NCBI GenBank assembly: GCA_963749905.1
Contig: CAVVOF010000007.1
Location: 9,941-73,940 of the forward strand
Length of the DNA: 64,000 nt
Direction of reading: 5' to 3'
Source: an uncultured Actinomycetota bacterium
GTDB lineage: Bacteria; Actinomycetota; Actinomycetes; S36-B12
Shown piece after piece: positions 9,277 through 23,785 of this stretch (position 1 is its first letter; the number at the start of each line of letters is the position of its first letter). Below the pieces are notes generated by a model, which saw only the letters and a list, made by a program, of their open reading frames with translations, had not been told where the DNA came from and made no database searches. Position numbers and translations under genes: made by a program.

Positions 9277-9981
9277 CTAGTGGCCCATGCCCAGTCCGCC
9301 GTCGACCGGAATCACGGCTCCGGTGATGTACGAGGCACGAGCCAGGAAGCTGACCACGTCGGCGATCTCGGCCGGCTGAGCATAGCGACCCAGCGGGATG
9401 CCCCCGAGGATCGCAGAGCGCTGTGCGTCGTCGAGCTCCGCGGTCATGTCCGTCTCCACGAATCCCGGGGCGATCACGTTCACCGCGATGCCACGCGAGC
9501 CCACCTCCCGCGCCAGCGACCGGGCGGCCCCGACCAGCCCGGCCTTGGACGCCGCGTAGTTGACCTGGCCGGCCGAGCCCAGCGCCCAGACGACCGAGCC
9601 GACGAAGACGACCGATCCGCCCTTGGCCCGGATCATGCCCTTCATCGCCCTGCGGGCCAGCCGGATCGAGCCGCCCAGGTTCGTCTGGAGGACCGCATCG
9701 ATGTCCTCGTCCGACATCCGCATGAGCAGCGTGTCCCGCGTGATGCCGGCGTTGGCCACCAGCAGGCTGACCGGCCCGTGCTCCGCCTCGACCTGCCCGA
9801 AGGCGGAGTCGATCGACTCGGGATCCGCGACGTCGAGCCGGACGGCGGGCAGTCCCTCGGGTGCCTCGCCGGAGCGAGAGCCGACCACCACCGACCAGCC
9901 GTCGTCCCGCAGGCGCAGCGCAGTGGCGAGGCCGATGCCTCGGTTGCCACCGGTGACCAGGGCCACCTTGGAGTCGGTCAT
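9277..9981 (-). CDS. fabG: 3-oxoacyl-ACP reductase (MabA/FabG1-like)
   Basis: Trimmed to the ATG at 9981 (MTDSKVALVTGGNRGIGLATA...). SDR TGxxxGIG and YxxxK motifs. Confidence 0.88.
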   Translation of the reverse strand: MTDSKVALVTGGNRGIGLATALRLRDDGWSVVVGSRSGEAPEGLPAVRLDVADPESIDSAFGQVEAEHGPVSLLVANAGITRDTLLMRMSDEDIDAVLQTNLGGSIRLARRAMKGMIRAKGGSVVFVGSVVWALGSAGQVNYAASKAGLVGAARSLAREVGSRGIAVNVIAPGFVETDMTAELDDAQRSAILGGIPLGRYAQPAEIADVVSFLARASYITGAVIPVDGGLGMGH

Positions 9982-10027
9982 CTGGGTCCTCCTCGGACGA
10001 GTGGTGCGTCGGGTCGGGTTCGGCGGC

Positions 10028-10687
10028 TCAGGCCGCGTCCTTCTTCCACTCGCGCGCCGACCCCAGCCAGATGCTGAGGACGATGATCCCAAAGGGCAGC
10101 CACGAGGCGACCGGCGGGGCGATCAGGGTCATCACGCCGATCAGCAGGAAGTAGCCGCCGAAGACGAGCCCACGCAGCTCGCCGCGCCGCTCGCTGCTGC
10201 GGGCTGCGGCGCCGTCCGGATCGAGGAGCAGGGCGGGGTGATGCCGCAGGCGTCTGCTCATGCCCCAGCCGAGGAAGCTGAGCAGGGCCAGGGTGCCCCA
10301 GTAGAGCAGCCCGACCCCCTGGTACGGCTCGCCGTCACCGATCCACTCCGAGGTGCCGAAGAGCGTGCTGAACCAGGGCAGCAGCACGATGGCCGCCAGC
10401 CACAGCGTGTTCAGCCAGAAGATGCCGCCGTCGTAGTCACGGATGCCGTTGAGGATGCGGTTGTGCGCGGTCCACATGATGCCGACGACGAAGAACGTGA
10501 ACAGGAACGCGATGACCGAGCCGAGGTTGTCGCGAAGCATCGCCCACACGGACTCGCCGTCCCCCGGCACGAGGTCGATGAGGGGCAGCGCGAGCAGCGT
10601 GACGGCAACCGCCACGACCCCGTCGGTGAAGGCGATCAGCCGGTCGACGCTCCGAGACCGGTGGAGGCTCTCCGCCTCCCCCGCCAT
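10028..10687 (-). CDS. TMEM175/DUF1211-family membrane protein (putative K+ channel)
   Basis: 219 aa. RLIAFTDGVVAVAVTLLALPL signature, multi-pass. Confidence 0.7.
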   Translation of the reverse strand: MAGEAESLHRSRSVDRLIAFTDGVVAVAVTLLALPLIDLVPGDGESVWAMLRDNLGSVIAFLFTFFVVGIMWTAHNRILNGIRDYDGGIFWLNTLWLAAIVLLPWFSTLFGTSEWIGDGEPYQGVGLLYWGTLALLSFLGWGMSRRLRHHPALLLDPDGAAARSSERRGELRGLVFGGYFLLIGVMTLIAPPVASWLPFGIIVLSIWLGSAREWKKDAA

Positions 10688-10689
10688 CG

Positions 10690-10902
10690 TCAGGCGTCCT
10701 CGAGTCGCGAGCCGATCTTCACCGTCACCTGGAAGTGGTCGACGGCTCCGTCGCGGACGTATCCGCGGATCTGCACCACCTCGAACCAGTCCAGGTGGTC
10801 GACGGTCTTGGCGACCCGGCCCACCGCATTGCGGATCGCCTCGTCTATTCCTTGCTTCGACGTGCCGACGACCTCAGTGAGGGCGTACGTGCGCTCGGCC
10901 AC
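10690..10902 (-). CDS. Dodecin-family flavin-binding protein
   Basis: 70 aa. YALTEVVGTSKQGIDEAIRNAV...WFEV... is typical of dodecins. Confidence 0.8.
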   Translation of the reverse strand: MAERTYALTEVVGTSKQGIDEAIRNAVGRVAKTVDHLDWFEVVQIRGYVRDGAVDHFQVTVKIGSRLEDA

Positions 10903-10979
10903 CGTTCCTCCTGTCTCCCGGCCGCGCGCGGACGGGATGCGAATGGGCGCTGGGCCTCATCTTGGCCTACCGTGGACCC

Positions 10980-11309
10980 ATGGGCAGGGAGGAATCACCG
11001 GAGGTCTTCACGATCACCGCTGCCCAGCGCCCGCTGAGCGAGGAGCAGGGCGGCCGGACCCGCCGATATCTCGTCTCCATGGGGATCCGCACGGTCTGCC
11101 TGCTGGCGGCCATCGTGGTGCCCGGCTGGCCGCGCATCCTCCTCATCGTCGGCGCCATCGTGCTGCCATACCTCGCCGTGGTCATCGCCAATGCCGGTCG
11201 TGAGAACGACGAGCCGGGCGACGTCGGCAGCTACCACCACGGTCGTCATGAGCTCTCGGGTCCCGGAGTAGCGGTGGGACCGGGCGACGACCACGTCCGC
11301 CCCGCGTAG
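10980..11309 (+). CDS. DUF3099-family membrane protein
   Basis: ATG at 10980 inside the TTG-started ORF. Two TM helices with RRYLVSMGIRTVCLLAAIVV...LPYLAVVIANAGRE. Confidence 0.7.
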   Translation: MGREESPEVFTITAAQRPLSEEQGGRTRRYLVSMGIRTVCLLAAIVVPGWPRILLIVGAIVLPYLAVVIANAGRENDEPGDVGSYHHGRHELSGPGVAVGPGDDHVRPA

Positions 11310-11321
11310 TCGGACCGCCGC

Positions 11322-12080
11322 GTGCTGAACCTCCTGCGGACCCCTCGGTGGCTGGGCTTCACCGCCGTCGTGCTGATCGCCATCATCGCCTTCGGCCTGC
11401 TCAGCGCGTGGCAGTGGAGCCGTGCGGAGCAGCACCGCACGGAGCGGATCGCGCTCGCAGCCGCACTGGCACAGGCGCCCCGCGACCTGTCCGCAGTCGT
11501 GGATGAGAGCATCGAGTGGACTCCTGTGACGGTCCAGGGCAGCTACCGGGCCGACCTGCAGGTCGTGGTCCGCAAGCGTCCGATGGACAGCCGGAACGGG
11601 TTCTGGCTGATGACCCCGCTGGAACGGGCAGGCGGGTCGAGCGTCTGGGTCAACCGAGGCTGGCTGCCCGTCACCGGGGATGCCCTGGCCACTCCCGAGC
11701 TGCCCACGCCGCCCGCCGGCACCGTCACGGTGACCGGACTGCTGCGACCCTTCGACACCGTCGCGTCCGACGCCAACGAGGGCCTTCCCGCCGGGCAGAT
11801 CTCCGCACCCGCGCTGAGTGCCCTGCCCCAGGTGGACGCACCGGTGGCGGAGTACGTCCAGTTGCTCTCCTCGGACCCGGAGCAGGACGGTCTGGTCCCG
11901 CTGCCCATGCCCGAGATCGAGATGGACGAGGGTCGCAACATCTCGTACGCCGTGCAGTGGCTGCTGTTCGCGGGCGTGGCCATCGTCGGCTGGTTCTTCT
12001 TCCTGCGTCGCGAGGCCCGCGAGGATGCGGAGCAGCCCACCGACGTCGATGACGCACGCACCCCGACTTCCGTGACGTGA
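11322..12080 (+). CDS. SURF1-family cytochrome oxidase assembly protein
   Basis: 252 aa, GTG start. N- and C-terminal TM helices, W..SAWQWSR and YAVQWLLFA motifs. Confidence 0.8.
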   Translation: MLNLLRTPRWLGFTAVVLIAIIAFGLLSAWQWSRAEQHRTERIALAAALAQAPRDLSAVVDESIEWTPVTVQGSYRADLQVVVRKRPMDSRNGFWLMTPLERAGGSSVWVNRGWLPVTGDALATPELPTPPAGTVTVTGLLRPFDTVASDANEGLPAGQISAPALSALPQVDAPVAEYVQLLSSDPEQDGLVPLPMPEIEMDEGRNISYAVQWLLFAGVAIVGWFFFLRREAREDAEQPTDVDDARTPTSVT

Positions 12081-12110
12081 CCGGCACGGACTCATGACAA
12101 GGAGGCTGGG

Positions 12111-12881
12111 ATGGATCTCGGGCTGAGCGGACGTGTCTACGTGGTCACCGGCGGGTCCCGGGGACTCGGCCTCGCCACGGCGCGCGTCCTGGTGGCGGAG
12201 GGGGCCAAGGTCGTCGTCGTCGCGCGCTCGGCTCCGGCGGTCGAGGCAGCGGTGGACCTGCTCGGACCGTCAGCCGTGGGACTCGCGGCCGACCTGGCCG
12301 ACGAGCAGACCCCCGCAAGTGCGGTCGAGTTGGCGACCGCCCGGTTCGGCCAGGTGGACGGCGGCCTGATCAGCGTCGGCGGACCGCCGGCCGGATCGGT
12401 GCTGAGCACGTCGGACGAGCAGTGGCGACACGCGTTCGAGTCGGTCTTCATGGGCTCCGTGCGGATGGCCCGCGCCCTGTGCGAGTCCATCGGTGCCACG
12501 GGCGGCGACTGGTCCGGCTCGATCGCGTGGGTGCTGTCGGTGTCGGCCGTCGAGGTGTTCCCCGGGCTGAGCACGAGCAACGGCCTGCGTCCGGGACTGG
12601 CCATGATCGTCAAGGACCTCGCCGACGAGGTCGGCCCGCTGGGCATCCGGGTCAACGGCCTGCTGCCCGGGCGGGTCGCCACCGATCGGCTGCTGAGCCT
12701 GGATGAGTCCACCGGCGACGCCGCGGCCGCCCGGGAGCGGGCCAGCGCCGGCATCCCGCTGCGTCGCTACGGCGAACCGGACGAGTTCGGCCGGGTGGCC
12801 GCCTTCGTGCTCAGCCCGGCCGCGTCGTACCTGACCGGTGGACTGATCCGGGTCGACGGCGGCAGCACCCGGAGCATCTAG
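12111..12881 (+). CDS. SDR-family oxidoreductase
   Basis: 256 aa. VVTGGSRGLGLA Rossmann motif. AAGGAGG RBS upstream. Confidence 0.85.
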   Translation: MDLGLSGRVYVVTGGSRGLGLATARVLVAEGAKVVVVARSAPAVEAAVDLLGPSAVGLAADLADEQTPASAVELATARFGQVDGGLISVGGPPAGSVLSTSDEQWRHAFESVFMGSVRMARALCESIGATGGDWSGSIAWVLSVSAVEVFPGLSTSNGLRPGLAMIVKDLADEVGPLGIRVNGLLPGRVATDRLLSLDESTGDAAAARERASAGIPLRRYGEPDEFGRVAAFVLSPAASYLTGGLIRVDGGSTRSI

Positions 12882-12894
12882 ACACCCGGAGCAT

Positions 12895-14769
12895 CTAGAC
12901 AGCTGCGTCGTCGGTCTCGAACTGCGTCAGGTAGAGGTCCGCGTACTGCCCGCCGGCGGCGAGCAGGTCCTCATGGCGCCCCTGCTCGACCACTCGTCCC
13001 CCATCGATGACCAGGATCTGGTCTGCGCGGCGGATGGTGCTGAGCCGGTGCGCGATGACGACCGACGTCCGGCCCGCGAGCGCGTTGTCGAGGGCGCGCT
13101 GCACGGCCGCCTCGCTCTCGCTGTCGAGATGGGCGGTCGCCTCGTCGAGCACGACCACGCGAGGCTCCTTGAGCAGCAGGCGGGCCAGGGCGATCCGCTG
13201 CTTCTCGCCGCCCGACAGGCGGTGGCCCCGATCGCCGACCACGGTGTCCAGGCCCTCGGGCAGTGCGTCGATCAGCGTGCCGATCTGTGCCGCTCGGCAG
13301 GCATCCATGAGCTCCGATTCGGTTGCCTCCGGGCGTGCGTACAGCAGGTTCGCGCGGATGGTGTCGTGGAAGAGGTGGGCGTCCTGGGTGACCACGCCGA
13401 TGCCCTGCCGCAACGAGTCCGCCGTCACGTCGCGCAGGTCCAGGTCGCCGACGCGCACAGTCCCGTCGGTGGCGTCGTACAGGCGGGTGAGCAGCGCGGT
13501 GATGGTGGTCTTGCCTGCACCGGACGGGCCGACGAGCGCGGTCAGGGTGCCTGCCGGAACGGTGAACGAGACTCCGGTGAGCACCTCCTCGCTGCTGGTC
13601 GGCGCCTCCGCACGCGCCACCGACTCCAGTGACGCAAGCGACACCTCGCTGGCGCTCGGGTAGCGGAACCGGACGTCGTCGAACTCGACCGCCAGCGGTC
13701 CCGCGGGCAGTGCGCGGGCGTCCGGGGACTGCGTCACCATCGGCTTGAGGTCCAGCACCTCGAACACCCGGTCGAAGGACACGAGTGCCGTCATCACGTC
13801 AACACGGACGTTCGACAGCGCCGTGAGCGGGCCGTACAGCTGCGCCAGCAGCCCGACGAGCGCGAGCAGCGTGCCGAGGGTCATTGCTCCCTGGATCACC
13901 AGGTTGCCGCCGAGTCCGTACACGACCGCGGTGGCCAGTGATGCCACGAGCGTCAGGCCGGTGAAGAACCAGCGGTTCGCCATCGCCATCCGCACTCCGA
14001 TGTCGCGCACCCGTGCGGCACGCGCACTGAACGCGGCGGTCTCGTCGTCCGGTCGGCCGAAGAGCTTGACGAGCAGGGCGCCGGCGACGTTGAAGCGCTC
14101 GGTCATCTGCGTGCTCATGTCGGCGTTCAGGCCCATCTGCTCGCGCGTCAGGGCCTGCAGGCGCCGGCCCATCCACCGTGCGGGCAGCAGGAACAGGGGC
14201 ACCAGCAGCAGCGACACCAGGGTGACCTGCCAGGACAGGGCGAACATGGCGACCAGGACGACCGTCACCGAGATGAGGTTGCCGAGCACGCCGCCGAGGG
14301 TCGAGGTGAACGCCTGCTGCGCACCGATCACGTCGCTGTTGAGCCGGGAGATCAGCGCACCCGTCTGGGCCCGCGTGAAGAAGGCGATGGACTGCCGCTG
14401 GACGTGGTCGTACACCTGCGTGCGCAGGTCGAAGATCAGTCCCTCGCCGATCCGCGAGGAGAACCAGCGGGCCACCAGGCCGAGGGCCGCGTCGAGGATG
14501 GCCAGCCCGGCGATCAGCAGGGCCGTCGTGGTGACGATCTGGGCGTCGCCGGCCGAGATGCCCTGGTCGACCAGGCGCGGGATGAGCAGCGGCTGGGCGA
14601 CGCTGAGCAGCGAGGTCAGCACGAGGGTGCCCAGGAACATGGCGATCAGGACCCGATAGGGGCGCGCATAGGACATGATCCGCCGCACCAGCGTGCGGCT
14701 GACCTTGCGGTCGAACTTCCGATCCCGCGTGGACGACCGGTAGATCATCCACATGTTGTCCATCGACAC
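12895..14769 (-). CDS. ABC exporter, fused permease/ATPase (MsbA-like type I exporter)
   Basis: 624 aa. Six-TM N-terminal half, Walker A GPSGAGKTT, signature LSGGEKQR, Walker B VVVLDEATA. Confidence 0.9.
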   Translation of the reverse strand: MSMDNMWMIYRSSTRDRKFDRKVSRTLVRRIMSYARPYRVLIAMFLGTLVLTSLLSVAQPLLIPRLVDQGISAGDAQIVTTTALLIAGLAILDAALGLVARWFSSRIGEGLIFDLRTQVYDHVQRQSIAFFTRAQTGALISRLNSDVIGAQQAFTSTLGGVLGNLISVTVVLVAMFALSWQVTLVSLLLVPLFLLPARWMGRRLQALTREQMGLNADMSTQMTERFNVAGALLVKLFGRPDDETAAFSARAARVRDIGVRMAMANRWFFTGLTLVASLATAVVYGLGGNLVIQGAMTLGTLLALVGLLAQLYGPLTALSNVRVDVMTALVSFDRVFEVLDLKPMVTQSPDARALPAGPLAVEFDDVRFRYPSASEVSLASLESVARAEAPTSSEEVLTGVSFTVPAGTLTALVGPSGAGKTTITALLTRLYDATDGTVRVGDLDLRDVTADSLRQGIGVVTQDAHLFHDTIRANLLYARPEATESELMDACRAAQIGTLIDALPEGLDTVVGDRGHRLSGGEKQRIALARLLLKEPRVVVLDEATAHLDSESEAAVQRALDNALAGRTSVVIAHRLSTIRRADQILVIDGGRVVEQGRHEDLLAAGGQYADLYLTQFETDDAAV

Positions 14770-14770
14770 G

Positions 14771-15544
14771 TCAGCCGCCCATGAGCTGGCGGAGGTCGAC
14801 GAGGCGGCGGATCTGCGCGGCTCGCTCGCGGTCGAGCTGTGCGGCGTCGCGGCTGGCGCCGGCCAGCAGGGACTTCAGTTCGCCGACCGCTCCCGGCAGT
14901 GCCGCCCGCACTGGCGCGAGCGTCTGCTCCACCAGGGCGTTCCACGATTCGGGAGCCGCCTCCACGGTGGCGATGCCCAGGGCGACCGCCTCGGGAGCGG
15001 TCACGAAGCGACCCGTGACGCAGATCTCGAAGGCGCGGGAGTACCCGACCCGGTCGACGAGCGGCCCGGTGCCGCCGAGGTCGGGAACCAGGCCCAGCGA
15101 CGTCTCCCGCATCGCGAGCACGGCATCCGGCGCGACGACCATCAGGTCGCACGCCAGGGCCAGCTGGAAGCCGGCGCCGATGGCATGCCCCTGCACGAGC
15201 GCGATGGTCACCTGTGGCACCTCGCGCCACCAGGTGAACGCGGCCTGCGCCTGCCGGATGAAGGCGTCCATCTGGGCCTCGTCATACGTCGCCAGCGACA
15301 GCAGCGACTCCTCCCCGGGGACTCCCTCGGCGGTCAGCATCCGGCGGTCCAGGCCGGCCGAGAAGCTCAGCCCCTCTCCCCGCAGCACGACGGCCCGGAT
15401 GTCGGGCGTCAGCTGCGCGGGCACGGCCGCGAGCTCCCGCCAGGTCGCCGGTGTCTGCGCGTTGCGCACGTCCGGCCTGTCGAGGATCACGTGGAGGAGG
15501 TCGTCGACCCGCTCGGTGCGCACGCCTGTCGGCTCTGCTGCCAT
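14771..15544 (-). CDS. Enoyl-CoA hydratase/isomerase family protein
   Basis: Crotonase-fold pattern (VVLRGEGLSFSAGLD...). The start was moved to the ATG at 15544 to avoid a 35-nt overlap with the upstream ABC-F gene. Confidence 0.82.
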   Translation of the reverse strand: MAAEPTGVRTERVDDLLHVILDRPDVRNAQTPATWRELAAVPAQLTPDIRAVVLRGEGLSFSAGLDRRMLTAEGVPGEESLLSLATYDEAQMDAFIRQAQAAFTWWREVPQVTIALVQGHAIGAGFQLALACDLMVVAPDAVLAMRETSLGLVPDLGGTGPLVDRVGYSRAFEICVTGRFVTAPEAVALGIATVEAAPESWNALVEQTLAPVRAALPGAVGELKSLLAGASRDAAQLDRERAAQIRRLVDLRQLMGG

Positions 15545-15560
15545 GGTTCTCGTCCCTTCG

Positions 15561-17159
<1,599 letters not shown>

Positions 17160-17199
17160 GGTGCGCCCAGTCTAGGCAGTCCCCGACCCCCTCCCCGTC

Positions 17200-17265
17200 C
17201 CCGTCGAGCGTGGCGCTCAGGCGGCGACGCGCCGGGCGGAGCGCCTGGGCTCCACGCTCGACGGG
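17200..17265 (-). terminator. Stem-loop downstream of the suf operon
   Basis: Perfect 14-bp arms at 17200-17213 (CCCGTCGAGCGTGG) and 17252-17265 (CCACGCTCGACGGG). Lies 14 nt after the last suf gene. No U-tract. Confidence 0.5.
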
Positions 17266-17278
17266 ATGCTCGGCGGGA

Positions 17279-17593
17279 TCAGACGTTGAAGCCGAGGGCG
17301 CGCAGCATCTCCCGGCCATCGTCGGTGATCTTCTCGGGGCTCCAGGGCGGCATCCACACCCAGTTGATCCGGAAGTCCTGCACCACCTCGGTGAGCGCCG
17401 ACCGGGTCTGATCCTCGATGACATCGGTGAGCGGGCACGCCGCGCTGGTCAGCGTCATGTCCACGGTCGCGACGTTCGCATCGTCGACGGTGACCCCGTA
17501 GACCAGGCCGAGGTCCACGACGTTGATGCCCAGCTCCGGGTCCACGACGTCCTTCATGGCCTCGATGACATCGTCCTGTGTTGCGACGCTCAC
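17279..17593 (-). CDS. DUF59 (SufT-like) Fe-S assembly protein
   Basis: GTG at 17593 overlaps the sufU stop (GTGA). Contains DPELGINVVDLGLVY...TLTSAACPL. Confidence 0.85.
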   Translation of the reverse strand: MSVATQDDVIEAMKDVVDPELGINVVDLGLVYGVTVDDANVATVDMTLTSAACPLTDVIEDQTRSALTEVVQDFRINWVWMPPWSPEKITDDGREMLRALGFNV

Positions 17594-18063
17594 TGGTCGG
17601 CTCCTTCTGTGTCGATGTCCGTCTCCGTGTCGATCCCGGCCCGCACCTCGGCATCGTGCAGGGCCATCCACGGCAGCAGTGCGCACTTGATCCGCGCGGG
17701 GTACTTTGCCACGCCTACGAAGGCCACCCCGTCACCCAGTACGTCCTCGTCCGGCTCGGCAGCGCCCTTGCTGTGCATGAGCTCGACGAACGCCCGCCGC
17801 ACGACGTCGGCCTCGCGCGGATCCACGCCGACGACCATCTCGGACATCACGCTGGCGCTGGCCTGGGAGATCGAGCAGCCCTGGCCCTCGTAGCCCACGG
17901 CCAGGTGCCCGTCGGCGTCCAGGGCGACCTGGACCGTCACCTCGTCGCCACAGGTCGGGTTCACCTGATGGGACTCGCCGGCCGGCTCGGCCAGCAGGGT
18001 GCGCCCACGCGGGTGCTTGTAGTGGTCCAGGATGATGTCCTGGTACAGGGACTCAACGTTCAC
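17590..18063 (-). CDS. sufU: SUF Fe-S scaffold protein SufU
   Basis: 157 aa. LYQDIILDHYKHPR...NPTCGDEV...GQGCSIS. Confidence 0.9.
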   Translation of the reverse strand: MNVESLYQDIILDHYKHPRGRTLLAEPAGESHQVNPTCGDEVTVQVALDADGHLAVGYEGQGCSISQASASVMSEMVVGVDPREADVVRRAFVELMHSKGAAEPDEDVLGDGVAFVGVAKYPARIKCALLPWMALHDAEVRAGIDTETDIDTEGADQ

Positions 18064-18075
18064 GGGGACTCACCC

Positions 18076-20126
<2,051 letters not shown>

Positions 20127-20151
20127 GTGCTTCCTTCTCTGCGGGTGGTGC

Positions 20152-20490
20152 TCAGCGGACGGGCAGTGCTGCGGACTCGACGAGGACGACGGCGGCATCG
20201 CCCTCGCCCTCGACTCGGACGGCGTGGACGGGTACCGGGACGGTGGCCGGCAGGCTCAGCGGCGCCCCGGTGCGGAGGTCGAACGCGGAGCCGTGCAGCC
20301 AGCACTCGATCGCGCAGTCCTCGACCTCCCCGTCCGAGAGGGCGACGTCGGCATGGGAGCACCGGTCGTTGATCGCGAAGACGCCCTCATCGGTGCGCAC
20401 GACGGCCAGCGGCACGCCGTCGACCACGAAGCGTCGGGCCACGTTCAGGGGCAGGTCGCCCAGCAGGCACACCTCGGTGGCGTCACTCAT
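20152..20490 (-). CDS. Rieske [2Fe-2S] ferredoxin-like protein within the suf operon
   Basis: Trimmed to the ATG at 20490 (ATGA overlap with the sufD stop). CSH...CWLHG Rieske ligand motifs. Confidence 0.85.
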   Translation of the reverse strand: MSDATEVCLLGDLPLNVARRFVVDGVPLAVVRTDEGVFAINDRCSHADVALSDGEVEDCAIECWLHGSAFDLRTGAPLSLPATVPVPVHAVRVEGEGDAAVVLVESAALPVR

Positions 20491-21641
20491 GAGGCCTCCT
20501 CCGAGGAAGCGCCCTCCAGGACGGCCTCGAGGGCGTCGTCCATCCCGAGTCGCTGCGCGATGCGCTGCAGCACGGTGGCGCGCCACTTCTCGCTCGGGAT
20601 GCGGGCCAGGACGTCGACGAAGAAGCCCCGCACCACCAGCTGGCGGGCGATCCGCTCGGGGATTCCGCGGGCGCGGAGGTAGAACAGCTGCTCGTCGTCG
20701 AAGCGCCCGGTGGCGCTGGCGTGGCCGGCACTGGCGACGTCTCCCGTCTCCAGCTCGAGGTTGGGGACCGAGTCGGCGCGCGCACCGTCGTCGAGCAGGA
20801 GGTTGCGGTTCATCTCGTACGTGTCCGTGCCGATCGCGGTTCGCCGCACCAGCACGTCGCCGACCCAGACGGTGTGCGTCCCGGCCCCGGAGAGTGCGCC
20901 TTTGAAGACCACATTGCTGGTGCAGTGCGGCTCGCCGTGGTCGATGAAGATCCGATGCTCGAGGTACTGGCCATCGTCGGCCAGGAAGGCGCCGAGGACC
21001 TCGGCGGAGCCGCCTGGTCCGGCGAAGCCGACCGACGGCAGCATCCGGACGACCCGGCCCCCGATGGTCACGACCGAGCCGACGAACGTGGCGTCGCGGC
21101 CGACCTCGGTGTGCCACTGCCACAGGTGCGTGCGCTCCGCGGGGCCGTCCATGATCGAGAGCATCGTGAGGGTGGCACCGTCTCCGAGCGAGGTGACGAT
21201 CGCGCCGCTGACGTCGACGCTCGCGTCGTGCACCAGGACGACGACCGCGGACGCGTGCGCGCCGATCCGCACCTCGACGTGCCCGTAGTTCAGGGCCGCC
21301 GAGCCGCGGAGGTCGACGACGATCGGCTCATCGACGACGTCCTCCTTCGGGACGGTGACGACGACGGCCGACGCCACACCGGAGAACGCGACCGCGGACG
21401 GTCGGTCGGTGGGCAGCCAGGCCGAGCCGCCGAGGTCGGCCATCGGGACGACGTCGACGTACGCACTCGCGGGCGCGGTCAGCGTGCCGGCGGCCGGATC
21501 GGGCTGGAGGAACGGCGCAACGGCGTCCATCGGCGCGAAGCGCCACTCCTCCTCGCGACCGGTCGGGACGTCGAAGTCGTCCACTCGGGCGGAGGCGACC
21601 CTCGGAGCGAGGTCGCTGGGCGGGGCAGTGAGCACGGTCAC
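20487..21641 (-). CDS. sufD: Fe-S cluster assembly protein SufD
   Basis: 384 aa. Beta-helix SufBD family. 4-nt overlaps on both sides. Confidence 0.9.
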   Translation of the reverse strand: MTVLTAPPSDLAPRVASARVDDFDVPTGREEEWRFAPMDAVAPFLQPDPAAGTLTAPASAYVDVVPMADLGGSAWLPTDRPSAVAFSGVASAVVVTVPKEDVVDEPIVVDLRGSAALNYGHVEVRIGAHASAVVVLVHDASVDVSGAIVTSLGDGATLTMLSIMDGPAERTHLWQWHTEVGRDATFVGSVVTIGGRVVRMLPSVGFAGPGGSAEVLGAFLADDGQYLEHRIFIDHGEPHCTSNVVFKGALSGAGTHTVWVGDVLVRRTAIGTDTYEMNRNLLLDDGARADSVPNLELETGDVASAGHASATGRFDDEQLFYLRARGIPERIARQLVVRGFFVDVLARIPSEKWRATVLQRIAQRLGMDDALEAVLEGASSEEAS

Positions 21642-23053
21642 CCGACGGCACCTTCCATCTGCAGTTCGATCAATCGGTTCAGCTCGAGGGCGTACTCCAT
21701 CGGCAGTTCGCGGGCGATCGGCTCGATGAAGCCGCGCACGATCATGGCCATCGCCTCGTCCTCGGTCAGTCCGCGGGACATCAGGTAGAAGAGCTGGTCC
21801 GCGCTGATCTTCGACACGGTCGCCTCGTGTCCCATCGACACGTCGTCCTCGCGGACGTCGACGTAGGGGTAGGTGTCCGAGCGGGAGATGTCATCGACCA
21901 GCAGCGCATCGCACTTCACCGTGCTGCGGGAGTGGTGCGAGCCCTCGAGGATCTGGACGAGGCCCCGGTAGGACGTGCGTCCGCCGCCTCGCGCGACCGA
22001 CTTGGAGATGATGTTGGACGACGTGTGCGGGGCGGCGTGCACCATCTTGCTGCCCGCGTCCTGGTGCTGGCCCTCGCCGGCGAAGGCGATGGACAGGGTC
22101 TCGCCCTTCGCGTGCTCGCCGGTCATCCAGACCGCCGGGTACTTCATGGTCACCTTGGAGCCGAGGTTGCCGTCGACCCACTCCATGGTGGCGCCCTCCT
22201 GCGCGACGGCCCGCTTGGTCACGAGGTTGTAGACGTTGTTCGACCAGTTCTGGATGGTCGTGTAGCGGCAGCGGGCGCCCTTGCGCACGATGATCTCGAC
22301 GACGGCAGAGTGCAGCGAGTCGCTCGAGTAGATGGGGGCGGTGCAGCCCTCGACGTAGTGCACGTACGCGTCCTCGTCGACGATGATCAGCGTCCGCTCG
22401 AACTGGCCCATGTTCTCGGTGTTGATCCGGAAGTAGGCCTGCAGCGGGATCTCGACGTGCACGCCCTTGGGCACGTAGATGAAGGAGCCGCCCGACCACA
22501 CCGCGGTGTTGAGCGCCGCGAACTTGTTGTCGCCCACCGGGATGACCGAGCCGAAGTACTCCTTGAAGATGTCCTCGTGCTCGCGCAGGGCGGTGTCGGT
22601 GTCGAGGAAGACGACCCCCTGCTCCTCGAGGTCCTCGCGGATCTTGTGGTAGACGACCTCGGACTCGTACTGCGCCGCGACGCCGGCGACGAGGCGCTGC
22701 TTCTCCGCCTCCGGGATGCCGAGGCGGTCGTAGGTGTTCTTGATGTCCTCGGGCAGGTCTTCCCAGCTCGTCGCCTGCTTCTCGGTGGAGCGGACGAAGT
22801 ACTTGATGTTGTCGAAGTCGATGCCGCTCAGGTCCGATCCCCAGGTGGGCATGGGCTTGCGCTCGAACAGCCGCAGGCCCTTGAGCCGGAGCTTGAGCAT
22901 CCACTCGGGCTCGTTCTTCTTCGCCGAGATGTCGCGGACGACCTCCTCGGTGAGGCCCCGCTGGGCGGTGGCCCCCGCCGTGTCGGCGTCGCGCCAGCCG
23001 TAGTCGTAGCGGCCGAGCTCGTCGATGGTGCTGTCCTGCGCTGACATGCTCAT
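21638..23053 (-). CDS. sufB: Fe-S cluster assembly protein SufB
   Basis: 471 aa. Highly conserved SufB sequence (…[11 protein letters not shown]…CDALL…). Confidence 0.95.
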   Translation of the reverse strand: MSMSAQDSTIDELGRYDYGWRDADTAGATAQRGLTEEVVRDISAKKNEPEWMLKLRLKGLRLFERKPMPTWGSDLSGIDFDNIKYFVRSTEKQATSWEDLPEDIKNTYDRLGIPEAEKQRLVAGVAAQYESEVVYHKIREDLEEQGVVFLDTDTALREHEDIFKEYFGSVIPVGDNKFAALNTAVWSGGSFIYVPKGVHVEIPLQAYFRINTENMGQFERTLIIVDEDAYVHYVEGCTAPIYSSDSLHSAVVEIIVRKGARCRYTTIQNWSNNVYNLVTKRAVAQEGATMEWVDGNLGSKVTMKYPAVWMTGEHAKGETLSIAFAGEGQHQDAGSKMVHAAPHTSSNIISKSVARGGGRTSYRGLVQILEGSHHSRSTVKCDALLVDDISRSDTYPYVDVREDDVSMGHEATVSKISADQLFYLMSRGLTEDEAMAMIVRGFIEPIARELPMEYALELNRLIELQMEGAVG

Positions 23054-23721
23054 GCCGAGACCCTTCCATTCGGGTTGATCGTGTCCGTGCTGGCAATGAC
23101 GGCCGTGCAGACCTCGTCACCGTGCGCGAGGGTGGCCAGGCGGGTGACATGGCGTCCCATGACGCGGCCGAGCTCCTCGGTCTCCGCGTCGCAGAGCGCC
23201 GGGAACTCGCGGGCGGCGTCGACGACCGGGCAGTTGTGCTGGCACAGCTGCAGGGCGACCAGGCCCAGCGGCTCGACCTCGGCCGCATAGCCGGCTCGGG
23301 TCAGCGCCTCGGCGACGTCGGTCGGCGACGCGTCGTGCCCGGGATCGCTCACCGATGCCGCCAGCTCGCGGGCCCGCTCCTGCGCGAACGCCTGCACCGC
23401 CGCGTCGCCGTACTCCCGTGACAGGAAGCGCAGCGCGGACAGCGCCAGGTCGTCATAGGCCTGGTCGAACGCACCTCGACCCGCCTCGGTGAGCGTGTAG
23501 ACACTGCCCGGACGGCCCCGACCGCGCTTGGGCGACGGGCCGTAGGGGGCGCGCTCGTGTGCGGCCACCAGGCCCTCGTCCACCAGGGCGCCGAGGTGGC
23601 GCCGGATGCCCGCGGTCGTCATGCCCAGCGACTGGGCGAGCTCCGCGGCGGTCGACGGACCCGCGGTCAGCAGCGCACGCGCCACCCGCTCCGCAGCCTC
23701 TCCCGGGAATTTCACAACCAC
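23050..23721 (-). CDS. sufR: ArsR-type wHTH regulator SufR with a C-terminal Cys cluster
   Basis: w[24 protein letters not shown] and Cys ligands CQHNCP...C. First gene of the operon. The alternative GTG at 23695 has a better GGAG RBS. Confidence 0.8.
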   Translation of the reverse strand: MVVKFPGEAAERVARALLTAGPSTAAELAQSLGMTTAGIRRHLGALVDEGLVAAHERAPYGPSPKRGRGRPGSVYTLTEAGRGAFDQAYDDLALSALRFLSREYGDAAVQAFAQERARELAASVSDPGHDASPTDVAEALTRAGYAAEVEPLGLVALQLCQHNCPVVDAAREFPALCDAETEELGRVMGRHVTRLATLAHGDEVCTAVIASTDTINPNGRVSA

Positions 23722-23728
23722 ATTGTTG
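23715..23728. promoter_or_regulatory. CAAC-N6-GTTG palindrome at the 5' end of sufR (candidate SufR operator)
   Basis: CAACCACATTGTTG, AT-rich for this genome. Same architecture as the cyanobacterial SufR operator. It overlaps the longest-ORF start of sufR. Confidence 0.3.
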
Positions 23729-23785
23729 CGTAAATCGGCTCGACCGCCAATCGGGGGGGTCTCGGGACCCGCCTATGCTCCGTCC